Shown here piece by piece: positions 54,739 through 64,000 of a DNA stretch of 64,000 nt. A program made the position numbers and the translations under genes. The notes beneath the pieces are model-generated. The model was not told the DNA's origin. It saw nothing but the letters and a program-made list of their open reading frames with translations, and did no database searches. Location: IMG/VR virus record IMGVR_UViG_3300023202_000383, positions 124,001 through 188,000 of that record; one strand, 5' to 3'. Positions within the stretch are counted from its first letter, which is position 1. Each line of letters begins with the position of its first letter.

Positions 54739-55233
54739 TTACTTGTAATCATCCAAATCTAATTCCTGGGAGACATGATCTCCGTGGTCTTTTACTTTAT
54801 CGTCATCGTTTTCTAGGTCTCTTTCTGATATTTGATTATCGTAATCACTGACCGTCGTGTCCACGACCTTACCTGGCCCTACTGCATTAGGGATTCTATA
54901 GGTCCATTTCTTTTTAATGGATTCTAATTCAGATTCTATATCTGGTTTCTTAACTACTTCTGGTTCCGGTTTTTCTTGGTCTGGGGGAGATACAGATCTA
55001 CCACTACCGCGTCGCTGTTTCATCTTTATCAGCTTTTGCGGTAGTGGTAGATCTTTAAATGGGATTCGAACGAGTCCCTTGTGAAACTTCTTATCTACAG
55101 TGGCAGGCAAATCCTGTTGAGGACTATTTCTTACTCGCCGGGAGTTCCTGCTTCTGTTTTTCAATGAATACACTCGCTTGCTTGACGGAATCGAAATAAC
55201 CTTCTGGATGGTCTTCCGCCCTACGCCACTCAA
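54739..55233 (-). CDS. hypothetical protein
   Basis: 164-aa ORF. Confidence 0.55.
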   Translation of the reverse strand: MSGVGRKTIQKVISIPSSKRVYSLKNRSRNSRRVRNSPQQDLPATVDKKFHKGLVRIPFKDLPLPQKLIKMKQRRGSGRSVSPPDQEKPEPEVVKKPDIESELESIKKKWTYRIPNAVGPGKVVDTTVSDYDNQISERDLENDDDKVKDHGDHVSQELDLDDYK

Positions 55234-57094
55234 ACTTCTCGCCGCTAGAGGTCTGGCCCGCCTTGGTTATTTCTTTTTGCCATTGCTGGACTTCATATTT
55301 GCCTTGTATCGTCTTTCCGTCATCGTCTTTTGCTGGCATTATCTTAAACGCGCGTCCGGTGTTACCACGCACATCCTTGTACTTCTTGCTGAGCTCTGGA
55401 TCTTTTTCAGATACATGTCTAAACTTCTTAATTGCGGACTTGATATCTTTGTTGACTTTAATTCCAGTCTTCCCCATGATCTTGCCAATCGCAGTAGGGC
55501 CATGCTTGACTCGCGGCCGCTTAATATATTCTTTGTACTGCTCGATCTGCGCATTTATTTGATCGGCGGCTGGATGATCAGCTGGTGCCTTAAGGCCGAA
55601 ATAAAGTCTAAGAGCCGTTTCCTGGCCTGGAGTTAGGTATGATTGGCCCATAAAATCTTGGCTAGATGCTTTATCGAAAAAGCCCTTGATGAGTGATGCT
55701 CTAAGGGCTTTTTCATCTCTAGTAGCCATTTGTGTTTCTGGTTTCGGAGGTTTTGGCTTTTCAGGCGATCTCTCATCTTTTACGGCAATCGTGCCTTTAC
55801 CGGCCCTTCCACCCTTGCCAAGCTGTTTTGCGACACCGCCACACATATCACAGCCAACTAGGAATTTGCGGCCCCCATATTCCATTTCTACGACGCCGCC
55901 GCCGCTTAGTTTCAATTCCACTCCCGGATTGATGGCTTTATCGTCCGCGCGTCGCAGATCTGCAATTCCAGCGTCTTTGAGTGATTTGCGGTTTTGTCTA
56001 GCGATCATTTTCCAGAGACTTTCATCACCAAATACGTCTCTGGCTATGCTTTTGAGAGTATCACCCTCTTTTGTTTCGTATGTTTCTTTAGATCCGCACT
56101 GTGGGCATATCTTCTTGGCCATAAATGCATCAACATGGCCCTGTATGTCATGCATCGACCCTTCGTCGTCGCCAACGGGAGCATCCATTGATTGGATTAC
56201 ATCGCCGACTTTTTGGCCTTTCGTTCTGGCTGTTCTAGTATCGACCTGAGAACGACCTTGCTTGTATGCACGGCGGTCGGCTCGTCTGCTCATTGCATTG
56301 AAGACGTGACCAGAGAATGGCTGAATACCCTTGTCGGTCTTCAGTGCCTGCATGATAGCAAACGTGGCTTCTTGGAATGCATCTCCAAGATCCATGCTGC
56401 GTTGGCGGCGTACGATTTTAGAAATCGGGCCTTTAACGCCGGAAGCTTCCCCACCCTTGAACTTCAGTCCGCCAAGGGCTTCAACGATTTCCGCTATAGT
56501 CCATGGTTGTCTACCGATTCTGTCGAGAGCCAGGGGAAGCTTGACATTCTTCAGATGTCTATAGTCCGGGAAGTCGGGATCATTGCGATACCCCTCTGGG
56601 TTGCTGTCCGACACTTCTCCTACATGCGTCTTTTCTTTTCCAGTTGCAGTTCTGTACTTCTCGTTGTCGGCTCTGAATTTCTGGATAGCAGCGAGGATTT
56701 CTTCGTCGAAGATATTGCCTTGCTCGTCTGCATTGCCAGCGAGGTCATATTCCTTGCCATCTACAGTTATCTGGTCTGGAAGACCACTGATACTCTTTTT
56801 GGATTTGTCTTCATCTCCTTCATCGGCCTTTGTGATTATTTTTATAGCATAGTCATCGTCATCCAGGCTGCTGCCGAGACCGCCTTCTTCCTTAGACATC
56901 TCAATGTATTCTGCGGCACCCTCGCGGTCCGTGAATTTACTGGAAACGGGCTCCCCTGATTTGTCTACAACAACATACTCATAGTTATCCTCGTCGAAAA
57001 ACACATCCTCAAGCAGGATCGGTGCTTCGACAAGATACAATACACCATGACTACGTATGAACATAACGAACCTCCTATTAGTAGATTTGCCCAA
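55124..57094 (-). CDS. sigma70-like protein with an inserted Zn-ribbon/LysM module
   Basis: region 2 DLGDAFQEATFAIMQAL...FSGHV; region 3 SMDAPVGDD; LysM YETKEGDTLKSIA...LWKMIARQN; region 4 LTPGQETALRLYFGL...AIGKIMG. Confidence 0.65.
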   Translation of the reverse strand: MGKSTNRRFVMFIRSHGVLYLVEAPILLEDVFFDEDNYEYVVVDKSGEPVSSKFTDREGAAEYIEMSKEEGGLGSSLDDDDYAIKIITKADEGDEDKSKKSISGLPDQITVDGKEYDLAGNADEQGNIFDEEILAAIQKFRADNEKYRTATGKEKTHVGEVSDSNPEGYRNDPDFPDYRHLKNVKLPLALDRIGRQPWTIAEIVEALGGLKFKGGEASGVKGPISKIVRRQRSMDLGDAFQEATFAIMQALKTDKGIQPFSGHVFNAMSRRADRRAYKQGRSQVDTRTARTKGQKVGDVIQSMDAPVGDDEGSMHDIQGHVDAFMAKKICPQCGSKETYETKEGDTLKSIARDVFGDESLWKMIARQNRKSLKDAGIADLRRADDKAINPGVELKLSGGGVVEMEYGGRKFLVGCDMCGGVAKQLGKGGRAGKGTIAVKDERSPEKPKPPKPETQMATRDEKALRASLIKGFFDKASSQDFMGQSYLTPGQETALRLYFGLKAPADHPAADQINAQIEQYKEYIKRPRVKHGPTAIGKIMGKTGIKVNKDIKSAIKKFRHVSEKDPELSKKYKDVRGNTGRAFKIMPAKDDDGKTIQGKYEVQQWQKEITKAGQTSSGEKFEWRRAEDHPEGYFDSVKQASVFIEKQKQELPASKK

Positions 57095-57103
57095 CTGGTT
57101 CTT

Positions 57104-58084
57104 TTATCGCCCTCTGATATATTCTTCGAACAATTCGCAGGCGTTATCCTTGAATTGTTCGAGATCATTCTTGGTAGCAAGCCCGTTGCTCAATGCAAGA
57201 TCGAACTCGTCGTCGAGCCTGCAGCCGAATTGTATGGGATCGTCTGTGTTTAGAGTGATCCTACAACCGGCTTCAATCATTCTTTTTATAGGATGGTCCC
57301 CTATCGATTTTACGACCCCAGTGTAGAGATTGCTGTGGAGGGCCAAATCAAAGGTGATCCCCTGGTTGTTGCACATGTCAAGAATCTCTTTAGAGGCTTG
57401 GATTCCGTGTGCTATTCGATCGACGCCACTACATTTTACCACATCTTCAACGTGCTTGCAAGTATCTGGCAGCTCACCCACATGTGCACGAACGTGCTTA
57501 CCGGCTTTGCGCCAGTTTTCGATGAGTGGTTTGTAAAAGTCGATATCAAAGGCTGCCTCATCCCCAACGAGGTCCATTCCAACAAAATGACGCGCTATCT
57601 CATCATCAAAAATTATATCGGCAAATCGCTTTTGATCATCTCTAGAGGACTCGTACTTTAAAGACAATAACAGGCCGACATTTACGTTATGTCTTTTAGA
57701 CGACTCTTCGAGGTTGCGTGTTATTATCTCAGCTGCTTTATGGACCGACCAGTTGTGGTGCTTAGTAAACTTGTTTAGTGACAAGCTTATTTCAGAGAAA
57801 TCAATATTATCCTCTCTGAGATCTTTACAGACCTGGTCGACCATTATTCTTATGGCCCACTCATCCCACGTAATCTCATCCAGAATTTGGAATTTAGTTA
57901 AGAATGTCTTGAAATCATTTTTGTCGCCACGAGAGAATCTCATGGCTTTGTTTACTTCTCGAAATGATTTAGCTATATGGTATGATTTAGATTTATTTAT
58001 TATTGACCATACAGTTTCAGGGGATATAGACCCACCTAGCTAAAGGTGGCGATGAATGTCGCACCTTGGACGTTCAATCGCCAC
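57104..58084 (-). CDS. add: adenosine/adenine deaminase with an in-frame TAG at codon 15 (CTT-TAG-CTA)
   Basis: AGGAGG SD and GTG 58084; DIHRHL*LGGSISPET; RAHVGE, RIAHG, LNTDDP; the ORF track shows only the 57104..57943 part. Confidence 0.85.
58037..58045 (-). promoter_or_regulatory. candidate stop-hop / readthrough site CTT-TAG-CTA
   Basis: Leu-amber-Leu inside the HxHLGGS motif; removing 6 nt restores the consensus. Confidence 0.7.
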
Positions 58085-58091
58085 AGTCCTC

Positions 58092-58415
58092 CTATCCTGA
58101 TATTAGATCCCTAATAGAGATATTTAAAGAGTTGAGCATTCTGTCCGTGATTCTATCCATCAAGTCATTTTTTCTATCATACGAATGAGTCAATAGAACT
58201 ATTTCTTTTACTGTTATATCATCGAGACTTTTAGACAAGTTATATTTCTTGTCGATAAGACCCGACTTTCTAAGAACCGCAACCACTTTCGCTATATACG
58301 ATTCTGATCCATCTATATTTTCTGATATGCCAGCAATGCTTTGAGCGCCGTCATCGACAGCTACTAATATATCGATAGCATACTCAATCCACTTTTCGTC
58401 TCTAAGCATTGTCAA
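58092..58415 (-). CDS. Rrf2-like winged-helix regulator
   Basis: YAIDILVAV...SIAGISE...SESYIAKVVAVLRKSGLI. Confidence 0.7.
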   Translation of the reverse strand: MTMLRDEKWIEYAIDILVAVDDGAQSIAGISENIDGSESYIAKVVAVLRKSGLIDKKYNLSKSLDDITVKEIVLLTHSYDRKNDLMDRITDRMLNSLNISIRDLISG

Positions 58416-58708
58416 TCCTTTTCGGATATCGTGTCAGTTTCTAGAGGCGTCGGTGGTGCTTGAAACACTTCTGGATTATAAGCCTCTAAAGACTTCTTAA
58501 AAACTTCATATGTTTGCCGATCTTCATTATGCGATGGTATTAGCATACAGGTATCACCATTATCGGCCCATATTGTGTAGCTGCCAACTGGTATCTTTAT
58601 AGCGTCAGATACCACAGCATTGATGTTAAGTGTCATTCCTTCCTCTATGACGAGCTCATTTTTGTCTAAGCTCTCTAGAGCCGCATGCAATTTATTGTCG
58701 AATTTCAT
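58412..58708 (-). CDS. hypothetical protein
   Basis: 98-aa ORF. Confidence 0.7.
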   Translation of the reverse strand: MKFDNKLHAALESLDKNELVIEEGMTLNINAVVSDAIKIPVGSYTIWADNGDTCMLIPSHNEDRQTYEVFKKSLEAYNPEVFQAPPTPLETDTISEKD

Positions 58709-58782
58709 ATTTCACCTATAGTATTTTTATTTCCATACGCAAGATAAGGCAAATCTATTAAAGAGATCTGGAGACTATATAT

Positions 58783-61700
58783 ATGCCGATTTTTAACAAT
58801 TCTTTGATCCCGTCAGTTAGTGCTGGCAGAATCATTGATAGATTTCTGTCTGATGAGACTCTGAATGTACGCTGGCTCACTCCGGAAGATCCTGCGCACT
58901 TTAGTGCTTTGAATAGGCCGTTGTCTGATCTTGCATTGAGGCAATTGGTAATTGCGAAAGTTCTCGACACCATTACATTAGATTTGAAGTTCGTTGAGAA
59001 GTTTCCGTTTGTGTGCCAGCCTGTTGTGGAAGGTGGTTCATTTACTTTAGATCTACCTCTGAAACTAATTAGAGATCTTCATGTGGCCTTCCCTGCTAAG
59101 TACGCGAATCCAAGACTAGCTAGGATAGATCGTTTAAATGGCTCGAATGATTCTGGGACTGATCCGAAATATACTGGAACGCTAAGATTTATATTTATTG
59201 CTGATTCTGGAGATGGTAGCGATGTTGCGTTATTTTATGCTGATTATTTAATCGATAGTAGTGATGATTTACAATTTGTTAGTGTAGAAGCCGCATCTGA
59301 CCAATCCAAAGTTCCTGGCTTAACTCCGCTCCCAAGCGAGGATTCTGGTTTCATTACCGGTGTTATGATATTTAGGACCGGTGACCAAGATTTATCAGAT
59401 ATAACTACATTTTATGATTTTGTTGCTCCAAGCGACGTCAATGGTATAGCCAATTATCCGATATTAGATGCACAAAGCTGTGAGATAAATATCGGAACTG
59501 ACGTTTTAGATAGCGGGAGCGGCTTACTAACATCTAGTGCTTATAATCAGATAATATCTGGTATTAATATAGAACCGGCAGCGGAAAGTGGAATAACTGT
59601 AGAATTTGATGAGGATCAAAATGCCTTTATAATTGGGCTAGATCAATCTCAGATAGATCATACTCAAATTGCAAATATTGGCGTCAACACTCACGACCAA
59701 ATTGATGCCCATATAATTAACACCAATAATCCCCACCAAGTCACGCCTACGCAGCTTGGCAATGGCTCTCCGATATGGAATACCAATAAAATTCAGAGCA
59801 GAAACGTCAGTAACCAAGCGCCAGAAGATGGCCAAGCTCTGATATTCGACCAAGCAACTAACCAATATATACCATCGGATGTGGCAGCTAGCGGCGGTGG
59901 CAGCGGAAATGTTGTTGAGAGAACTGTATTTATCGACCCAGTAACGGTTGATGAATCCGACTCATCCGACACTAAAGCGTTTACGACATTTGATGCATCT
60001 GACTTCGTCGACAATGATGCTGTCGCTGTCGTGCTGCAGGCCAAAGGTGATGGTGTTGCTGGCGTCGCTGGTAGTCTTTCATGGGTTGGCTTCACTGCCC
60101 ATCAATCCGAGCCGCTGGGCAGGGGTGCTGGCAGTCTTAATATACCTATATATCCTGGCGTTGTTGAAGTTTCCAGATCTGATGGTGTTCAGACTTATGC
60201 ATATGATGTGTCTGGCTTTGTTGGTAGCGGTTTCAACCAGAGCCAATTGACATTTATTCAGATCCATGCATATATAGATATCGGAACTGCTGGTGCGAGT
60301 TCATCTGACTTCATAAGAATACAAGCTAGGTGGCCAGATGGCTCATTTAGGGATTTAGCAGTAGGAAGAGCCGATGGTGGTGATGATTCTAGGCACGGCA
60401 AAACATTGTTGGTTCCTATTGCTCCTGGCCAAACGCAATTTGAAATAAGGATTGAGCAAACTTGGGACGACGACGGAGGGTGGGTATACCAGATTCTTGG
60501 TGCTGTCCAACAAGGAGGTGCTCAAGGGGGCAGCAGTGCCGGTCAGATAACCGTCAGAAAAGAAGATGGTGAACCAGAATACAATCTAATTATAGCTAGT
60601 GACGGTTCTGAGCAGGCGATCTTCCCGCTAGCCAGTGACAAGAGCTTTGAATATGCAGTACCAGCTGGGTTTGCTGACGGCTATAAGATAGAGCTTATAG
60701 GCTATATCAGAAGAAGTCTAGATGGTAGAAGTATACCGAGAGATCTTGCTGGCAGGACTTTCTTGCCAGCTGATTCGTCATCTACTAGATTCCATAGAGT
60801 AGGTGGATTTGGTACTGGTTCGTCAAGCCATTTCAAGAATATAGATAGGCTTGAAAAGAACCCCAATATGAACAATAGGTTCGACTATTGGGCTAAAAGG
60901 GTTAATCTCAACACCGGATTGACTAACGAAGCCGTGCCAGAGAATGCCACGCATGTCATGTTAAGGGTGTTGGCTGATTACAATTTACTAGGGTCTGATG
61001 AAGTTACGCTCCATATTGGAAAATTTGACAATAGCTTGCCAGAATCATATACTGGGTCTACATTCAATGATGCCAATTTAATAGGCACTACGCAAGCTAC
61101 TTCATTTATCAACACGCCTGGTACAGACAAAGCGCTGGCGTTGTCTAGAACAGCCACTACTAACTTGGATCAACAGGGATCGACAGTTGTGGTCCCAATA
61201 GAGCCAGAAGATACCAACCACATAACGTGGCTTCTTGGGCTAAGAGACATAGCAGATAACACATCGCTAGATTTTACGATTTATGTGGAAGGATATTATC
61301 TAAGAGAAAGCCAGACAATAGTCGATGATAGTGAGAGCACTGATACTGGAGGGGATACTGGTCCTGGCGGAATCTTGTTAGCCGACCTACTACAGGATCC
61401 GAATTTCTATGACCACCTTAGTGGAAATCTTGGGAATCAGAATTCCGGGATGACCACTAAGGGCGAGGCGTTGCCGTTTACTGAGGTGCCGCAGTCTGAG
61501 CAGACTATAGTTATAGATCCAGATAATGCAAGGCGTGTTGCGATACTCAGAGTAGACATTAGATATAGTGCTACCGGGAATGGCGATCCACTAACGTTTA
61601 GGCTAAGATCAACAACGGCTGGCGATACCTACACGAGGTGGGTAACGGATCTTTATCGCGCTGGCAATGGCGACAGACCTCACGCTGGTTTTTCGTCAAC

Positions 61701-62649
61701 AGTTTTGATACCTCTCGATGATTCTGGTGCTGTTAGAGTAACAGCATTCGCACAAGACATAAACGCTGCGTTCTACAGACTCCAGCTTGAAGGTTTCGCT
61801 TCCAATGAAGGGGGCGGAGGTGATGGGGGCGGGGGTGCAACACCCCCACCGGCAATTGTTTCTGGTTTAATAACTGGCTCAATAGGTGGGCTTCTTATGC
61901 GGCAAAGCACGGGAGATCCAGACAATGATATTGTCATAACTTCCGGGTCGTGTGTCGATGCGAATGAGACTATTTTGATGAGGGTAACTGGCACGCTCAT
62001 CAAGAGATTAGACGCACCTTGGAGCGAAGGCACGAATGATGGTGGTTTGGCTAGTTCGCTATCTGTTCAACCAAATAGAACTTATCATGTTTTCTTGATT
62101 GCCAAGCCTGATGGGACAGTGGATGGTGGATTTGATGAGGATGTGTCGGCCTCCGCATTATTAGCGGATGGTTCACCATCTGGGTACACAACTTATCGTA
62201 GGGTTGGGTCTATAGAGACCGATGGCAATAGCAGAATCAGAGATTTTGTCTCGAATGAGACTCCTGGTGGCGGCTTAGAAATCCTATGGTCCCAAGACAG
62301 GACCAAACCGTTGTCAACAGTTGGTTCGGGGGGATTTTTTGAACTCAATGTACCGTTTGGCGTAAGTTATGAGGCTATAATAAATGCCAGACTTAGCGGG
62401 CAAGGCGGCAACGGAGGAGAATTGCGGATAACAACTCCATCTGGTCCTATTCATAATTCCGATGTCCCAGCTATAGAAATTGGTGGTTCTTTTATAAGAG
62501 ATAGTGACCAAACAGATAATTTTATTTTGTCATCTCAATTGAGGGTAAGAACCAACGCAGCCAAACAAGTTGTAGTGTCTATCAGTGGCGATGACGATGA
62601 ATCAGAAGTGACAACAATCGGATTTATAGACTCCAGAAGACAAATTTAA
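58783..62649 (+). CDS. large virion structural protein (tail fibre-like)
   Basis: 1288 aa; H..N..NPH.VT..Q.G fibre motif; C-terminal KRLDAPWSEGTNDGGL...TYHVFLI. Confidence 0.75.
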   Translation: MPIFNNSLIPSVSAGRIIDRFLSDETLNVRWLTPEDPAHFSALNRPLSDLALRQLVIAKVLDTITLDLKFVEKFPFVCQPVVEGGSFTLDLPLKLIRDLHVAFPAKYANPRLARIDRLNGSNDSGTDPKYTGTLRFIFIADSGDGSDVALFYADYLIDSSDDLQFVSVEAASDQSKVPGLTPLPSEDSGFITGVMIFRTGDQDLSDITTFYDFVAPSDVNGIANYPILDAQSCEINIGTDVLDSGSGLLTSSAYNQIISGINIEPAAESGITVEFDEDQNAFIIGLDQSQIDHTQIANIGVNTHDQIDAHIINTNNPHQVTPTQLGNGSPIWNTNKIQSRNVSNQAPEDGQALIFDQATNQYIPSDVAASGGGSGNVVERTVFIDPVTVDESDSSDTKAFTTFDASDFVDNDAVAVVLQAKGDGVAGVAGSLSWVGFTAHQSEPLGRGAGSLNIPIYPGVVEVSRSDGVQTYAYDVSGFVGSGFNQSQLTFIQIHAYIDIGTAGASSSDFIRIQARWPDGSFRDLAVGRADGGDDSRHGKTLLVPIAPGQTQFEIRIEQTWDDDGGWVYQILGAVQQGGAQGGSSAGQITVRKEDGEPEYNLIIASDGSEQAIFPLASDKSFEYAVPAGFADGYKIELIGYIRRSLDGRSIPRDLAGRTFLPADSSSTRFHRVGGFGTGSSSHFKNIDRLEKNPNMNNRFDYWAKRVNLNTGLTNEAVPENATHVMLRVLADYNLLGSDEVTLHIGKFDNSLPESYTGSTFNDANLIGTTQATSFINTPGTDKALALSRTATTNLDQQGSTVVVPIEPEDTNHITWLLGLRDIADNTSLDFTIYVEGYYLRESQTIVDDSESTDTGGDTGPGGILLADLLQDPNFYDHLSGNLGNQNSGMTTKGEALPFTEVPQSEQTIVIDPDNARRVAILRVDIRYSATGNGDPLTFRLRSTTAGDTYTRWVTDLYRAGNGDRPHAGFSSTVLIPLDDSGAVRVTAFAQDINAAFYRLQLEGFASNEGGGGDGGGGATPPPAIVSGLITGSIGGLLMRQSTGDPDNDIVITSGSCVDANETILMRVTGTLIKRLDAPWSEGTNDGGLASSLSVQPNRTYHVFLIAKPDGTVDGGFDEDVSASALLADGSPSGYTTYRRVGSIETDGNSRIRDFVSNETPGGGLEILWSQDRTKPLSTVGSGGFFELNVPFGVSYEAIINARLSGQGGNGGELRITTPSGPIHNSDVPAIEIGGSFIRDSDQTDNFILSSQLRVRTNAAKQVVVSISGDDDESEVTTIGFIDSRRQI

Positions 62650-62679
62650 AATAGGTAAATATAATAGGGAAATTTAGGT

Positions 62680-64000
62680 ATGCCTAATTTTAATTCAGGA
62701 TTAGTTCCAACAATAACGCCAGGGACCATTTTTGATAGGTTCTTGTCGGATGAGACGATCAATATACGGTGGTTGACTGCTTTAGATCCAGCTTACTTTG
62801 AGGCTATCAACCGTCCGATGGCTGACATAACGCTGCGTCAGTTAATTATAGCCAAAGCTCTTGATACACAAAATGCTAAGCTTGGTGCCGCCTCTATATT
62901 CCCGTTCTTGATTACTCCACAGGTCACTAACGGTTCGTCAAGTGTAGAACTCCCCGTACGGTTGTTTTGGGACATGCATGTGTCGATACCAGGCAGGTGG
63001 AGGAATTTGAGGTTAGCTAGAGTTGACAGGATATCTGGGGCAAACAATCCAGATATCACTGGAACCGCCAGATTTATTTGGGCTGCTGAAGATTCGAGCG
63101 ATGGCGATACTGAAAAAGCTTTGTTTTATGCTGACTATGAAATAGATAGCGATGTCACGTATCAAATAGCTCCAATAACATTGGTTGATTCCGGAATTGC
63201 AAATCCTCTAACTGCCGCACCAGATGGTCAAGCCAATTTTATTGGTGGACTGGTGGTATTTAGGACGGGCGATCTGGATGACTCGACATTCAGTTCATTT
63301 TTCGAGTTTGTTGGTCCAGGCACTAATTTCAAATATGAAGTTGTCGATACTGATGGATCTGAAGTTGAGACATTTAGTGAATTTGGCCTAAGCCACGGTC
63401 GTGGGTTAATGGTTGCTAGTGCCTTCAATGTAATTCCTGGCACTGGTGGTGCTGGGACAGATGGTGGCACCGAAGGTGGTAGTGGTCTTGGATTCGATAT
63501 CGAGCCAGCAGGTAGCTCGGTTACAGTCACGTTTGATGACTCGACCAATACGTTTACGATCGGAATCGATCCGACAGAGATCGCACACCAATCATTGAAC
63601 GGTGTTGGGTCATTTACCCACGCCGACATTGATGACCATATTGTAGACAAAACGAACCCACATGCTGTTACTGCTGCCCAGGTTGGTAGGGATACTGCTC
63701 AATGGAATGCTAGCAAGATCCAGGGTACTCCTGTGGACGGTGCAGCACCAGCGGCCACTAATGACATTTTAGCGTACAACCTTGGCACGAACAGATATGA
63801 GCCGAAAGCATTAAGTTCTGATATTCTTACTGTAGATCTTCCGAGCGGTGACACAGTTAGCTTGACCGATTACGTTAGCTTGATCCCATCGGTAATAATT
63901 ATAACAGAAGTTAGCGACACTGCATTGTCAGTAGTTAAGGATGACTGGCAACCAAGAAGACTTAATACAATAGCTGCCAATAGTGCTGGATCAACCGTTT
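62680..64000 (+). CDS. paralogous virion structural protein (runs off the window end)
   Basis: MPNFNSGLVPTITPGTIFDRFLSDETINIRWLT matches the N-terminus of 58783..62649; NPHAVTAAQVG. Confidence 0.85.
   Translation, partial: MPNFNSGLVPTITPGTIFDRFLSDETINIRWLTALDPAYFEAINRPMADITLRQLIIAKALDTQNAKLGAASIFPFLITPQVTNGSSSVELPVRLFWDMHVSIPGRWRNLRLARVDRISGANNPDITGTARFIWAAEDSSDGDTEKALFYADYEIDSDVTYQIAPITLVDSGIANPLTAAPDGQANFIGGLVVFRTGDLDDSTFSSFFEFVGPGTNFKYEVVDTDGSEVETFSEFGLSHGRGLMVASAFNVIPGTGGAGTDGGTEGGSGLGFDIEPAGSSVTVTFDDSTNTFTIGIDPTEIAHQSLNGVGSFTHADIDDHIVDKTNPHAVTAAQVGRDTAQWNASKIQGTPVDGAAPAATNDILAYNLGTNRYEPKALSSDILTVDLPSGDTVSLTDYVSLIPSVIIITEVSDTALSVVKDDWQPRRLNTIAANSAGSTV

Noticed and set aside
1-64000. Genome-wide stop-codon reassignment
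   Set aside because: Long conserved genes are intact in code 11 and end in TAA, TAG or TGA; only two genes show internal stops.

Overview
This 64-kb window looks like part of a large (jumbo) dsDNA phage genome in genetic code 11. A PVC/Planctomycetes host is a weak inference from the HNH and GDP-fucose synthase homologues. About 0-31 kb is an accessory region: 26 full-length tRNA genes (none with encoded CCA), tRNA fragments, candidate ncRNAs, homing endonucleases, glycan-modifying enzymes and many small hypothetical genes. About 31-49 kb holds metabolic and regulatory genes: class II RNR with a mini-intein, Fcl, a sigma factor, GroEL, dUTPase and FkbM. About 50-64 kb holds large virion-type proteins, a sigma70-like protein with a LysM insertion, and an adenosine deaminase. 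The main discovery is a set of apparent translational recoding signals that involve all three stop codons. (1) The RF1-like (PxT, GGQ) release factor is only in frame after two tandem prfB-type AGGGGG-NNN-CTT-TGA +1 frameshift cassettes. (2) The adenosine deaminase HxH metal motif is interrupted by CTT-TAG-CTA, a stop-hop context that restores HRHLGGS exactly if read as one Leu. (3) There is an ochre-suppressor-type tRNA (anticodon UUA). Other highlights are a conserved protein followed by an RNA with two circularly permuted tRNA-like modules, and three homing endonuclease insertions that appear to carry a replacement copy of the gene they disrupt. All calls were made by eye, with no database searches.
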